From positions 1-32,533 of the forward strand of contig CAYGHT010000003.1 in the NCBI GenBank assembly GCA_964349755.1: a stretch of DNA of 32,533 nucleotides, read 5' to 3'. The stretch is from an uncultured bacterium. Its GTDB lineage: Bacteria > Chlamydiota > Chlamydiia > Chlamydiales > SM23-39. Under the pieces are notes generated by a model. It had not been told where the DNA came from. It did no database searches and worked only from the letters and a program-made list of their open reading frames with translations. This document shows, piece after piece, positions 15,963-23,946 of the stretch (position 1 is the stretch's first letter; every line of letters begins with the position of its first letter). Both the position numbers and the translations under genes were made by a program.

Positions 15963-17292
15963 GGGTTTGTTCTACTTTGTTGACGGTTGCGCTCACTTTG
16001 CCGTCGTGCAAAAGAGCGCGGATTGTTTGGTTGGGCGTCACATCGCTCGACGATAAAATAATCGAATCTCCGTTTTCGGAGAAGAGAATTGCGTAGCCTT
16101 TTTTCAGCAGCTGATTGGGGTGGAGCGAGCGGAGATGTTCGCTGATGCGCTGAAGTCGGTCTTTTCGTTGGCGCATGGGGGTTTGGGCGGCGGTGGCGAT
16201 TCGCTGGCGATACACGTTGAGCCGCTCTTTCCAGTCGCGCACCTTTCCACTGGGCTCGAGCAGCGAGATGTGTTTGGCCAGGGCGTCGAGTTTGCGTTTT
16301 CGCTCTAGCCCAGCTGCTCGAAGGGCTTCCTTTAAGTCTTGTTGGAGATCATCTAGCTTTTGAATGGGCAAGGCGAGTAGGGCGTAGGGCGAGGAAAAGA
16401 GGGGGTGTTTTTGAAGCGAGTGGAGCTTTTCTTTGATGGCGCGCACTTGGGCGTGCAACTTTTGTTCGGCGTAGCTTTGGGCCTGGGCCAAAAATTTCAG
16501 GAGGTTGGTTTTTTCGGCAATGGCGATCTCTGCGGCGGCGGACGGCGTGGGGGCGCGGACGTCGGCGACCCAGTCGGCGATGGTTGTGTCGGTTTCATGG
16601 CCAACTGCGGAAATGACCGGGATTTTCGATTCGAAGATCGCTTTGGCGACGATTTCTTCGTTGAACGCCCATAAATCTTCGATGCTACCGCCTCCACGGC
16701 CTACGATCAGGACATCGGCGAGCTGGTAGCGGTTGAACTCGTCAATGGCCATGGCAATTTCTTGGGCGGCGCCCTCTCCTTGCACTTTGACTGGGTTGAG
16801 CAGGACGTGAAGTCCTTGGAAGCGGCGGGTGAGGACGTTGAGGATGTCTTGGATGGCGGCCCCTGTAGGGCTGGTGACGACGCCAATTCTCTTTGGCAGT
16901 TTGGGCAGAGGCCGTTTGCGGGCGATTTCGAACCAGCCCTTGGCTTTGAGCTCTTCTTTTTTCTGATGGAGCTTAAAAAGAAGCTCGCCGACGCCCACGA
17001 GCTGGAGCTCGCGCACCACGAGTTGGTAATTTCCCCGTGGGGCGTAGATGCTCAATTCTCCAAGAACTACGACCTGATCGCCTTCTTTGGGGGTCCGGAG
17101 CAATTTAGAGGCGCTCCCCTTGAACAGCACGGCGGAAAGCTGCGCCCCTGCGTCTTTGAGGCTAAAGTAGTAATGACCTGAGCTCTGGAGTTTTAGGTTG
17201 CTGATTTCACCGCGGATCGAGACGGCTCGAAAGGGCGGCTCAAGGAGCGCTTTGAGGGCAAAGGTGAATTCTGAGACGCTAAATATTTGCAT
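15937..17292 (-). CDS. xseA: exodeoxyribonuclease VII large subunit
   Basis: The N-terminal OB-fold reads FSVSEFTFALKALLEPPFRAVSIRGEISNLKLQSSGHYYFSLKD. The catalytic region has IGVVTSPTGAAIQDIL and VGRGGGSIEDLWAFNEE. Confidence 0.92.
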   Translation of the reverse strand: MQIFSVSEFTFALKALLEPPFRAVSIRGEISNLKLQSSGHYYFSLKDAGAQLSAVLFKGSASKLLRTPKEGDQVVVLGELSIYAPRGNYQLVVRELQLVGVGELLFKLHQKKEELKAKGWFEIARKRPLPKLPKRIGVVTSPTGAAIQDILNVLTRRFQGLHVLLNPVKVQGEGAAQEIAMAIDEFNRYQLADVLIVGRGGGSIEDLWAFNEEIVAKAIFESKIPVISAVGHETDTTIADWVADVRAPTPSAAAEIAIAEKTNLLKFLAQAQSYAEQKLHAQVRAIKEKLHSLQKHPLFSSPYALLALPIQKLDDLQQDLKEALRAAGLERKRKLDALAKHISLLEPSGKVRDWKERLNVYRQRIATAAQTPMRQRKDRLQRISEHLRSLHPNQLLKKGYAILFSENGDSIILSSSDVTPNQTIRALLHDGKVSATVNKVEQTHGPRNTLF

Positions 17293-17366
17293 AAAACTTC
17301 CTGAGTTTTTCTGAAATGTCGATAAAAATCTAGCAATTTTGTTGGGTGTTTTCGTATCCTTGCGAT

Positions 17367-18143
17367 ATGTCCAAAGATCTTCTCGTCATTGCCAATTGGA
17401 AGATGTACAAGACGGCCCGCGAGGCCGCAGCGTACATCGAAGCGCTTTTGCCCCTCGTCGAGGGGCTATCCACAACTCTTTTTCTGGCGGTTCCCTATAC
17501 GTCCATCGCATCGGCAGCCAAGGCTGCTAAAGGCTCTGGCATTTTCATCGGAGCGCAGAACATGAATGACGCGCGCGAAGGGGCGTTTACGGGCGAAATC
17601 GCAGCGCTGATGCTGAAAGAGGCGGGCGCGGACTTTGTCATTCTCGGCCATTCGGAGCGGCGCCACGTGTTTGGAGAAACGGATGAATTCATCCACCGCA
17701 AGGTGATCCGCGCGCTTCAAGACGGCCTGGTGCCGATTGTGTGTGTTGGAGAGACGAGAGAAGAGCACAAAGCGGGCAAAACTGAATCGGTCATTGGGCA
17801 CCAAGTGAAGGCGTGTTTGAAATCGGTTCCAAAAGAGGAAGCGTCGAAGTTGATTGTCGCCTATGAGCCTGTCTGGGCCATTGGCACAGGCCTGATTGCG
17901 ACGCCTGCACTCATTGAATCGGCCCACGCCCTGGTGCGAGCGGCTTTAGCTGAGCTTTTTGGTCAGCGGATCGCTGCAAAAATTCCGATCGTTTACGGCG
18001 GCTCCGTCAAGCCAGAAAATGTCGCCAAGATCGCCTCCAACAAAGAAGTCAATGGCGTTTTAGTCGGCGGCGCTTCACTCGATCCTCAAATGCTTGCCCA
18101 CATCGCCAAGAACTGTAAAAAATCACCGAAAGGAAAGAAATGA
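17367..18143 (+). CDS. tpiA: triosephosphate isomerase
   Basis: Motifs are VIANWKMYKT, VILGHSERR, AYEPVWAIGTG and YGGSVKPEN. I prefer the ATG at 17367 to the GTG at 17346 used by the track. Confidence 0.93.
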   Translation: MSKDLLVIANWKMYKTAREAAAYIEALLPLVEGLSTTLFLAVPYTSIASAAKAAKGSGIFIGAQNMNDAREGAFTGEIAALMLKEAGADFVILGHSERRHVFGETDEFIHRKVIRALQDGLVPIVCVGETREEHKAGKTESVIGHQVKACLKSVPKEEASKLIVAYEPVWAIGTGLIATPALIESAHALVRAALAELFGQRIAAKIPIVYGGSVKPENVAKIASNKEVNGVLVGGASLDPQMLAHIAKNCKKSPKGKK

Positions 18144-18433
18144 GCGCTTTATTCTACATTTGCCTATTTTTATTTCTCTTCAGCGCAGTCGTGCTCTGTT
18201 TCGCAATCCTCATCCAAGAAGCCAAGAGCCTTGGGCTCGGAGCCTCTTTCGGTGGCGACAGCAACGATTCGCTCTTTGGGACATCGACCGCCGATGTGCT
18301 CAAGCGCTTTACCGCCTATTTGTCCGGCGCCTTTTTAGTGGCCTGCCTGGCGCTGTCGTTGTGGACCTCTGCATTGGGAAGGCCCAGTGCACCTGCCTCT
18401 GAGCCGAGTACAGAGGAAACCAGGGGATTTTAG
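18140..18433 (+). CDS. secG: preprotein translocase subunit SecG
   Basis: It has two TM segments and the central motif GLGASFGGDSNDSLFG. It shares an ATGA overlap with tpiA, and tpiA-secG is a conserved gene pair. Confidence 0.85.
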   Translation: MSALFYICLFLFLFSAVVLCFAILIQEAKSLGLGASFGGDSNDSLFGTSTADVLKRFTAYLSGAFLVACLALSLWTSALGRPSAPASEPSTEETRGF

Positions 18434-18441
18434 GGCTTCTC

Positions 18442-18972
18442 ATGAAGCGAGCGCTTTACTACTACGACGATGAGATGCTCCGCCGCCGAGCCCTTCCCGT
18501 CGATGTCATCACTCCAGAGATCGTGCAGCTAGCAGAAGACATGATTGAGACGATGATCGCCTCAAATGGTGTCGGGCTCGCTGCCCCACAAGTCGGCAAG
18601 CTCCTCCGTCTTTTCATCATTCGGAACGAAGTGGTCGGCCCCGACGGCAAGCCGATGCTGGGCCCTCCAGAGGTGATCATCAATCCAGTCTTGTCCAAGC
18701 CCTCAGAAGAAAAAATTCCGATGCAAGAGGGGTGCCTCTCGCTTCCCGGTCTGTACGTGGATGTAGTTCGGCCAAAAGCCATTCACGTGCGCTACCAGAA
18801 TTTAAAGGGCGAGTGGATCGAAGAATTATTAGACGACTTTAGAGCGCGCGTCACGATGCACGAAAACGATCACTTAAATGGCGTGCTCATCATCGATCGG
18901 ATCTCAAAAGACGAGCGAAAGAAAATCGAGCCGCACCTCAAGCAGATTAAGGTGAAGTACTCAACGGCTTAA
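18442..18972 (+). CDS. def: peptide deformylase
   Basis: All three deformylase motifs are present: GVGLAAPQVG, EGCLSLPG and HENDHLNG. Confidence 0.95.
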   Translation: MKRALYYYDDEMLRRRALPVDVITPEIVQLAEDMIETMIASNGVGLAAPQVGKLLRLFIIRNEVVGPDGKPMLGPPEVIINPVLSKPSEEKIPMQEGCLSLPGLYVDVVRPKAIHVRYQNLKGEWIEELLDDFRARVTMHENDHLNGVLIIDRISKDERKKIEPHLKQIKVKYSTA

Positions 18973-20084
18973 GAAACTGCTTCAAACGATGTGACTTCCT
19001 TAAGTTCAGAGCAACGAGGTTGCTCGCGAAGAATTCCAGAGACTCGAATGTAGCGGTTTTCTTTATGAGCATCGCATGCGATCGAGTAGAGCATGGGGTT
19101 CAAAGAAGCTCTGGCTTTGATCGATTCTTCGTCTACCAAAAGACTTAAATGTACGTCGCCTTCTACAGAACCTTCGTCATTTTCAGCGCCGGACAAAGAC
19201 AACACCTTGCCGATGAAGAGGCTTTGCGTGATTTCTGCAGGCGGCTTCAGTTGCTGGCCTATTTTGGTAATGGAAGGGAAGTGAGTGTCTCGAATGGCTA
19301 CTTCCCTGGGAATATTTCCGTTTAAGGGGACGGTTTGCGACCAATTCATCTCAAAATTGAAATGCATTGCCCCCACGCTAGACTTCATCTCTGCTAGCGC
19401 AAGGCAAAGGTTTGCACTGAAGGCCAGTGGTTCAAGCTCTGCGACGGGCAAATTAGTAGAGGGTCGATCCACGAAGCTGGCCAATTGATTGAGCGAGGTC
19501 ATGAGACACTCGCTGACTTTTCGAGAAAAAGGGTGTTTTGTGCTCTGTTCTGGAATGGATTGAGCCTCGTCCATGGGAAATTGGATTTTTACTACGTAAC
19601 TCCCGGTCTCTGGAGCTCCCGCTCGACAGCCGCGCATCCACTGCTCCGCCTGAGCGCGATGCAGCTTTTTGTAATAAGGTTTCGGATCGATTGCAAAGAG
19701 CGCAGAAGCGACGAGGACTTTGCGTAAACCTTCTTCGACGCTTCGCTTATCGAAGTAGGACATCCATCCATTGCCAATCTGATCACCTGTAATGCGCACG
19801 CGCAACACATCATGCTCAAGGTTCAGCAAGTCTTCGATAATTTCAGACGGCTCGCGATCCTCGTGGCGTGATAGAAATTGAATTGCGTCATAGATCCTCC
19901 GTTGGTAATCGCCAAAACTCCGGTCGATAGGCAACACAATTTCTTCCTCTTGATAGAGAAAGTTTTTGCGCAAAATAGCAATCTTGGGCAGGCCAGGCTC
20001 GATTCGGCTCCACCCGCGTTGCCTGAGATAATCAATCACTTGCTCTGAAAAGAGCCCCATTGTCTCGAGTTCAGCAAGCTGCAT
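18969..20084 (-). CDS. uncharacterised 371-aa protein, partner of the DUF4365-like gene
   Basis: It is a long ORF. I prefer the ATG at 20084, which is preceded by AGGAG at a 7-nt spacing. The track start at 20114 is a TTG. It overlaps the upstream gene by 14 nt. I see no P-loop, TM segment or recognisable catalytic motif. It is AT-richer than flanking housekeeping genes: a spot count of one 60-nt line gave ~48% GC, against ~60% in the NTT gene. Confidence 0.7.
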   Translation of the reverse strand: MQLAELETMGLFSEQVIDYLRQRGWSRIEPGLPKIAILRKNFLYQEEEIVLPIDRSFGDYQRRIYDAIQFLSRHEDREPSEIIEDLLNLEHDVLRVRITGDQIGNGWMSYFDKRSVEEGLRKVLVASALFAIDPKPYYKKLHRAQAEQWMRGCRAGAPETGSYVVKIQFPMDEAQSIPEQSTKHPFSRKVSECLMTSLNQLASFVDRPSTNLPVAELEPLAFSANLCLALAEMKSSVGAMHFNFEMNWSQTVPLNGNIPREVAIRDTHFPSITKIGQQLKPPAEITQSLFIGKVLSLSGAENDEGSVEGDVHLSLLVDEESIKARASLNPMLYSIACDAHKENRYIRVSGILREQPRCSELKEVTSFEAVS

Positions 20085-20646
20085 AGGCGATCTCCTCTTG
20101 ATTTGCGCCTGCAATCATCCACTCTCTGAATGACGAATCCGTCAATCGATTTTCGTGCGGGATATGGATCGTTACACTGGTTGAATTAGGCACAAAACTT
20201 TTTCCTCGTAAACTCATCCAATATGCTTTTCCCTTGAGAGCAAGCTCAGCTTCGCTCCACCTTATCCAGAGATTTTCGTCCATTGGCAACACAAGGATTA
20301 CTAACATTTTTGGCACCATCGTGACAACGCGTAAATCATCATAGTTCTTCATGGATAGCCGAAACGGCATGGGATCCTCATCAAACTCTGTGCTGGTTGC
20401 TTTGAGCTGCAAGTCAATTTTGGGAGAGTGGATGATGGCCTTTGATCCGAGAACGCGACCTTGCGCGCACACTGTCGCATCCACGCTATCCCGATCTATT
20501 TGAGTTCGCTCAAACGAGTATCCCAGCTTAGTCGCCAACGCATGCACATAGAGATAACTCAGTTCTTGTTTAATGTCGTTCGTTCTATGCAGCATGGGTC
20601 TTTCAATGTTTCTCAACAGAATACGCCACAAATTATTTTTTTGCAT
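20071..20646 (-). CDS. DUF4365-like protein (PD-(D/E)xK restriction-endonuclease fold)
   Basis: QELSYLYVHALATKLGYSFERTQIDRDSVDATV ... KIDLQLKATS matches my recollection of the DUF4365 pattern (E...A...G......D..G[IV]D, then Q[LV]KAT). It is followed by FRLSMKNYDDL...VPKMLVILVLP...W...LALKGKAYWMSL. This is a by-eye assignment only. Confidence 0.65.
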   Translation of the reverse strand: MQKNNLWRILLRNIERPMLHRTNDIKQELSYLYVHALATKLGYSFERTQIDRDSVDATVCAQGRVLGSKAIIHSPKIDLQLKATSTEFDEDPMPFRLSMKNYDDLRVVTMVPKMLVILVLPMDENLWIRWSEAELALKGKAYWMSLRGKSFVPNSTSVTIHIPHENRLTDSSFREWMIAGANQEEIAYAAC

Positions 20647-20662
20647 AGCTGCTGGCCAGCTA

Positions 20663-22720
20663 CTACTTTTTAACGAGCGAGATCCCTGCGGTCACACGGT
20701 CGTCTCGGTCTGTGTGGCTATAAGACAAGCGCAGCTTGATTGCGGAGCTGATCCAGGTGAATAAATCCACTTTCACTTCGTTGTAGGGCGTCTCGTTCAG
20801 TCGGTAGAATCCGTGGTGCGATTGCACTTGGCATTCCCAGAATGGATTGAAGCGCACAAATAGGTTAAGGAGCAGGGTGATTCTTCGGTCGGAGAGGGGA
20901 GACAAGAGGAGCTCGGATTCTTGGCGGGTGCAGTCGAGGATGAAGTTGTCGTGGTCGGCTTTTCGCCAATCGAAGCGGGAGCGGAAACGCCCTTCGACGG
21001 AAAAAGCTGCATTTTCATTGAGGGTCCATTGCACGCGTGCATTGGAGTAATCGAGCGTTTGGTGCCAAAAATTCCAGGCATTTCTCCAGGTCACATGCAG
21101 AGACGGCAATCGCCAGGCGAGATCTAGATAGAGTTTGGGGATGAGACGGGGGATTGTGGGATCGGCGGTGAATGCGTTGGCAAAGAGATCGGCGCTAAAA
21201 GAGGGGGCTTGCCCTGGCCGTTTTTGCGAAAAGAGCAGATTGCGGATGCCTGCTTGGAATTGATTGATCCGGTTCACGCCGTCTTGGATTGAGAAAATGT
21301 AGTGGGCATCTGGCGCTACGCTCGGCGCGCTCGCCCCCCTGTATTCGAAATACGGCTCTACGATGTGCTTGTAGCGCTCCCAAACGCGAATGGCTTTTGC
21401 CTGAACGCGAGCTCCATAGGATGCGATGCCAAGCCACTTTGCCTGTGAGGAGGGCGAGTTGGTGTAGGCGATCCCAAGGGCACCGATGAAGGGCGTTAAG
21501 GTCGCAGCGCCCAACCGAAATGTTCTGGAAAAACTTTGTCTCGCTTCGAAACGCCCCGATGCAAAGCTCTCCAAGTTCATGGCCAGCTGATCTGAGTACT
21601 TGAAATCGACATAGGAGGCTTTCAGCCAGCTAGACGACAAAATGCCAGAGCGTCCTAAGGTCATTGGTTTTGGAGCAAAGAAGAGGCTCGGCAAGTCTTG
21701 CTTGATCGACTCAAATCCGTTGACTCGAGGACGCGCTTCAGCCGCTCCGATGAAATTGGACGCTTGATGGCGCACAGCTGCGCGCGTGATTTTCGCTGGA
21801 TTGACCTCAAAATCGTCGCTCTTAAAATCGGACGGCATGCGCACATCGCTGTATTTATCCCACGTGACCGATCCCGTCGTCTGCTCGCTCTCGCTTGTCG
21901 AATGGAAGGCTCCTTGGAGCCGGTAGCGGCGCTGCTTATTGGTCGCTGTTTCCAATCGATCGGTGCCGAGGTAGCTTCGCGTGACAAAGGTCGTTTTATA
22001 TGCGGTGGGGAAGTATTCGGTTTCAAACGCGCCGCCCCAACCCGTCTTCCAGCGGTACTCAACTCTTCCGTACATGGCAAAATCTTGCCATGAATAAAGC
22101 TGATAGCGCGCCATGGCGCGAGGGCCCATGCCTTTATCCCAATCGATCGAATAGCGAAAAACGGGCTCTTTGAATTTCTTCAAGTTGAGCTTGAACGAGG
22201 GGAGCCAGAACGTCGGAATGTGAAAGAGGCGAAACCGAACATGTTTTGCCTCGAGCAAATCGTTGCTCAAAATGTCCACAGAGCTTGCGTGCAAATCCCA
22301 TGAACTATTGACATTTTCACACGTTGTGATTGAGGCGTCCTCGACTTTGTAGCTCCCGTCCGCATGGATCGTGATCTTACTCCCCCCGATGTACCACAGC
22401 GAGGAAAACGTCTTGCCGTCATACACAACGCCCCGCTTTGAATCGAAATCGTACTCCAGCTCGCTTCCCACATACGCTTTGCCTTTATACTGAACGAGGA
22501 TGTCGCCTTCCGCCTCAATCCGATGCACGCCGTCTTTGCGTATGTACTGAAGTGTGCGCGCTTGGATCCGAAGGTCTTGCCCCCGCACAACCCCGCCCTC
22601 CGTGGTGTAGAGAATCCCATTTTTGTAAGTGGGATTGCGCAAGTCTACGGAGAAGGGAATGGGCTGATCGTTTGTGGCAGCGAACAGCGCGAAGGGGAGA
22701 AGGCAGAGGCAGAAACGCAT
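20663..22720 (-). CDS. lptD: LPS-assembly outer membrane protein LptD/OstA family
   Basis: The likely start is the ATG at 22720 (MRFCLCLLPFALFAATN, a signal peptide). The track start is a TTG at 22759. The OstA-like N-domain reads GILYTTEGGVVRGQDLRIQARTLQY...EAEGDILVQYKGKAYVGSELEYDF. A large beta-barrel-like C-terminal region follows. Confidence 0.82.
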   Translation of the reverse strand: MRFCLCLLPFALFAATNDQPIPFSVDLRNPTYKNGILYTTEGGVVRGQDLRIQARTLQYIRKDGVHRIEAEGDILVQYKGKAYVGSELEYDFDSKRGVVYDGKTFSSLWYIGGSKITIHADGSYKVEDASITTCENVNSSWDLHASSVDILSNDLLEAKHVRFRLFHIPTFWLPSFKLNLKKFKEPVFRYSIDWDKGMGPRAMARYQLYSWQDFAMYGRVEYRWKTGWGGAFETEYFPTAYKTTFVTRSYLGTDRLETATNKQRRYRLQGAFHSTSESEQTTGSVTWDKYSDVRMPSDFKSDDFEVNPAKITRAAVRHQASNFIGAAEARPRVNGFESIKQDLPSLFFAPKPMTLGRSGILSSSWLKASYVDFKYSDQLAMNLESFASGRFEARQSFSRTFRLGAATLTPFIGALGIAYTNSPSSQAKWLGIASYGARVQAKAIRVWERYKHIVEPYFEYRGASAPSVAPDAHYIFSIQDGVNRINQFQAGIRNLLFSQKRPGQAPSFSADLFANAFTADPTIPRLIPKLYLDLAWRLPSLHVTWRNAWNFWHQTLDYSNARVQWTLNENAAFSVEGRFRSRFDWRKADHDNFILDCTRQESELLLSPLSDRRITLLLNLFVRFNPFWECQVQSHHGFYRLNETPYNEVKVDLFTWISSAIKLRLSYSHTDRDDRVTAGISLVKK

Positions 22721-22766
22721 GGGTCTATGAGCATAGTGCAGGGAGCGTTTGGCCTGCAACTGCTGG

Positions 22767-22805
22767 CTTATGTAACTGAAAAACGGAGTTTTTCGGTTAC
22801 ATAAG
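22767..22805. other. hairpin/inverted repeat spanning the hicB stop codon
   Basis: cttatgtaactg (22767-22778) pairs with cggttacataag (22794-22805), 11/12 complementary. The loop is aaaaacggagttttt. There is no clear downstream U-run, so terminator function is uncertain. Confidence 0.4.
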
Positions 22806-23091
22806 AATTTAGGCTCATGCCGATTGTTTTCGCTTGGAAAGCGAGTTTAGCATGTAATTCAGGCGAAATCCTGAGATTGAAAATGCCAGAAAATGTTTTT
22901 TCTGGTTTTTCGCCTCTTTTCTTACACCAAGCAAGATAATCATCGACCGAGTCTCTAAATGCTTCTTCGAGTTCCTCGACGCTCTTCCCTTGAAATGTGA
23001 TGATGTCGCTTAAAGCCAGGACCTCGCCATGAAAAATCTTCGCTTCATCATCGTATTCGACGTGTCCGATATATCCCTTGTATTTCATCAT
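22768..23091 (-). CDS. hicB: HicB-family antitoxin (N-terminal HicB fold plus C-terminal ribbon-helix-helix)
   Basis: MMKYKGYIGHVEYDDEAKIFHGEVLALSDIITFQGKSVEELEEAFRDSVDDYLAWCKKRGEKPEK is canonical HicB. The C-terminal FNLRISPELHAKLAFQAKTIGMSLNSYV is RHH-like. The 190-aa track ORF is an artefactual N-terminal extension into the neighbouring gene. Confidence 0.8.
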   Translation of the reverse strand: MMKYKGYIGHVEYDDEAKIFHGEVLALSDIITFQGKSVEELEEAFRDSVDDYLAWCKKRGEKPEKTFSGIFNLRISPELHAKLAFQAKTIGMSLNSYVTEKLRFSVT

Positions 23092-23185
23092 CGCAATGGA
23101 ATGGTACCATAGAGTGGTACGATTCATCAACCTGCGCCTTGGGTTCCAGCTATCGCATTCTCGGTTTGTAACTTCCGGCAAGAGC

Positions 23186-23881
23186 CTAGAGTGTATTCTC
23201 CACTCCGCGCCCCACCGCATTTCCAAACACAAGCTCGAACTGCACAGGTCCGACTCCGTCGTCTGTGTGGAAATACACGATGTCGACTGCGAGTGTGTTC
23301 TTGGCTGTCGTGAGCAAATAGCCGCTGTTTGTCTTTTCAATGCGCTCGAGAAGGGCTGCGCTTCCGAGCTTTTCGAATAGACGGCGGTCGTTCAAGAGAG
23401 CGCTCAGTTCGCGGATGCTTTGTGCGAGTGGGGGGAGGGCGCCTGCGCTGGGCTCGCTCACGCTGTTGGGCGTGCTTTGCGAAGGGGTTCGATTTCCAAA
23501 CTCGAGGTTGAAGTGAACAGGTCCCATCCGATGATTCGGTGAGGGCGTATAGACGACGTCGACAGGGACGGAGTAATTTTTCGTCGCGATCACATATCCG
23601 TGCTCGGTTCGGGTTACGCTCTGGATTGCTTCAGCCTGCCCAAGCGTGGCAAAGAGTTGGGGATCGCTGAGGATGGCGTTGAGTTCGCGCGCGGTTTGTG
23701 GAAATGGGGGAAGCGCCATGAGCCTTGGTGGTTGGACGGGGAGGACCCATTTGATGCGCCTGGCTGCGGTTCTTCGGCTTTCTTTGCTTGAGGGCTCTTC
23801 TCCTGCGATTGCAGCGGGTTGCACGATCGCAGATTGAGGAACGTTTGTAATTGTTCTAGATGTAATTTCGTTAATTTCCAT
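23186..23881 (-). CDS. hypothetical protein with two tandem ~77-aa domains
   Basis: Repeat 1 (aa ~54-131) is ALPPFPQTARELNAILSDPQLFATLG...GYVIATKNYSVPVDVVYTP...MGPVHFNLEFGN. Repeat 2 (aa ~146-224) is ALPPLAQSIRELSALLNDRRLFEKLG...GYLLTTAKNTLAVDIVYFH...VGPVQFELVFGN. An AGGA SD and an AT-rich upstream region are present. Confidence 0.7.
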   Translation of the reverse strand: MEINEITSRTITNVPQSAIVQPAAIAGEEPSSKESRRTAARRIKWVLPVQPPRLMALPPFPQTARELNAILSDPQLFATLGQAEAIQSVTRTEHGYVIATKNYSVPVDVVYTPSPNHRMGPVHFNLEFGNRTPSQSTPNSVSEPSAGALPPLAQSIRELSALLNDRRLFEKLGSAALLERIEKTNSGYLLTTAKNTLAVDIVYFHTDDGVGPVQFELVFGNAVGRGVENTL

Positions 23882-23905
23882 GATTTATCCTGCTGTTATT
23901 ATTAA

Positions 23906-23913
23906 ATTATACA
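23906..23913 (-). promoter_or_regulatory. extended -10 promoter candidate (TGTATAAT on the minus strand)
   Basis: It lies in the 65-nt very AT-rich gap upstream of the 231-aa gene. The -35 is weak (TAACAG at a 17-nt spacing). Confidence 0.35.
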
Positions 23914-23946
23914 TTACTTACGATTGTGCTGTTACTAAAATAATTT

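Noticed and set aside
16120-17181. Several plus-strand ORFs (16120-16308, 16405-16674, 16762-17181) inside xseA
   Set aside because: They are antisense shadows of a gene with clear XseA motifs.
23092-23340. The upstream part of the 190-aa ORF 22768-23340
   Set aside because: HicB homology starts at Met84/85 (23091). The extension overlaps the 3' end of the 231-aa gene in another frame and has junk-like composition. It is kept only as a possible decayed HicA trace.
23486-23497. GGTTCGATTTCC, which resembles a tRNA T-arm
   Set aside because: The flanking bases cannot form the T-stem or an acceptor stem, and the motif lies inside a well-supported CDS. I could not support a tRNA anywhere in the window.
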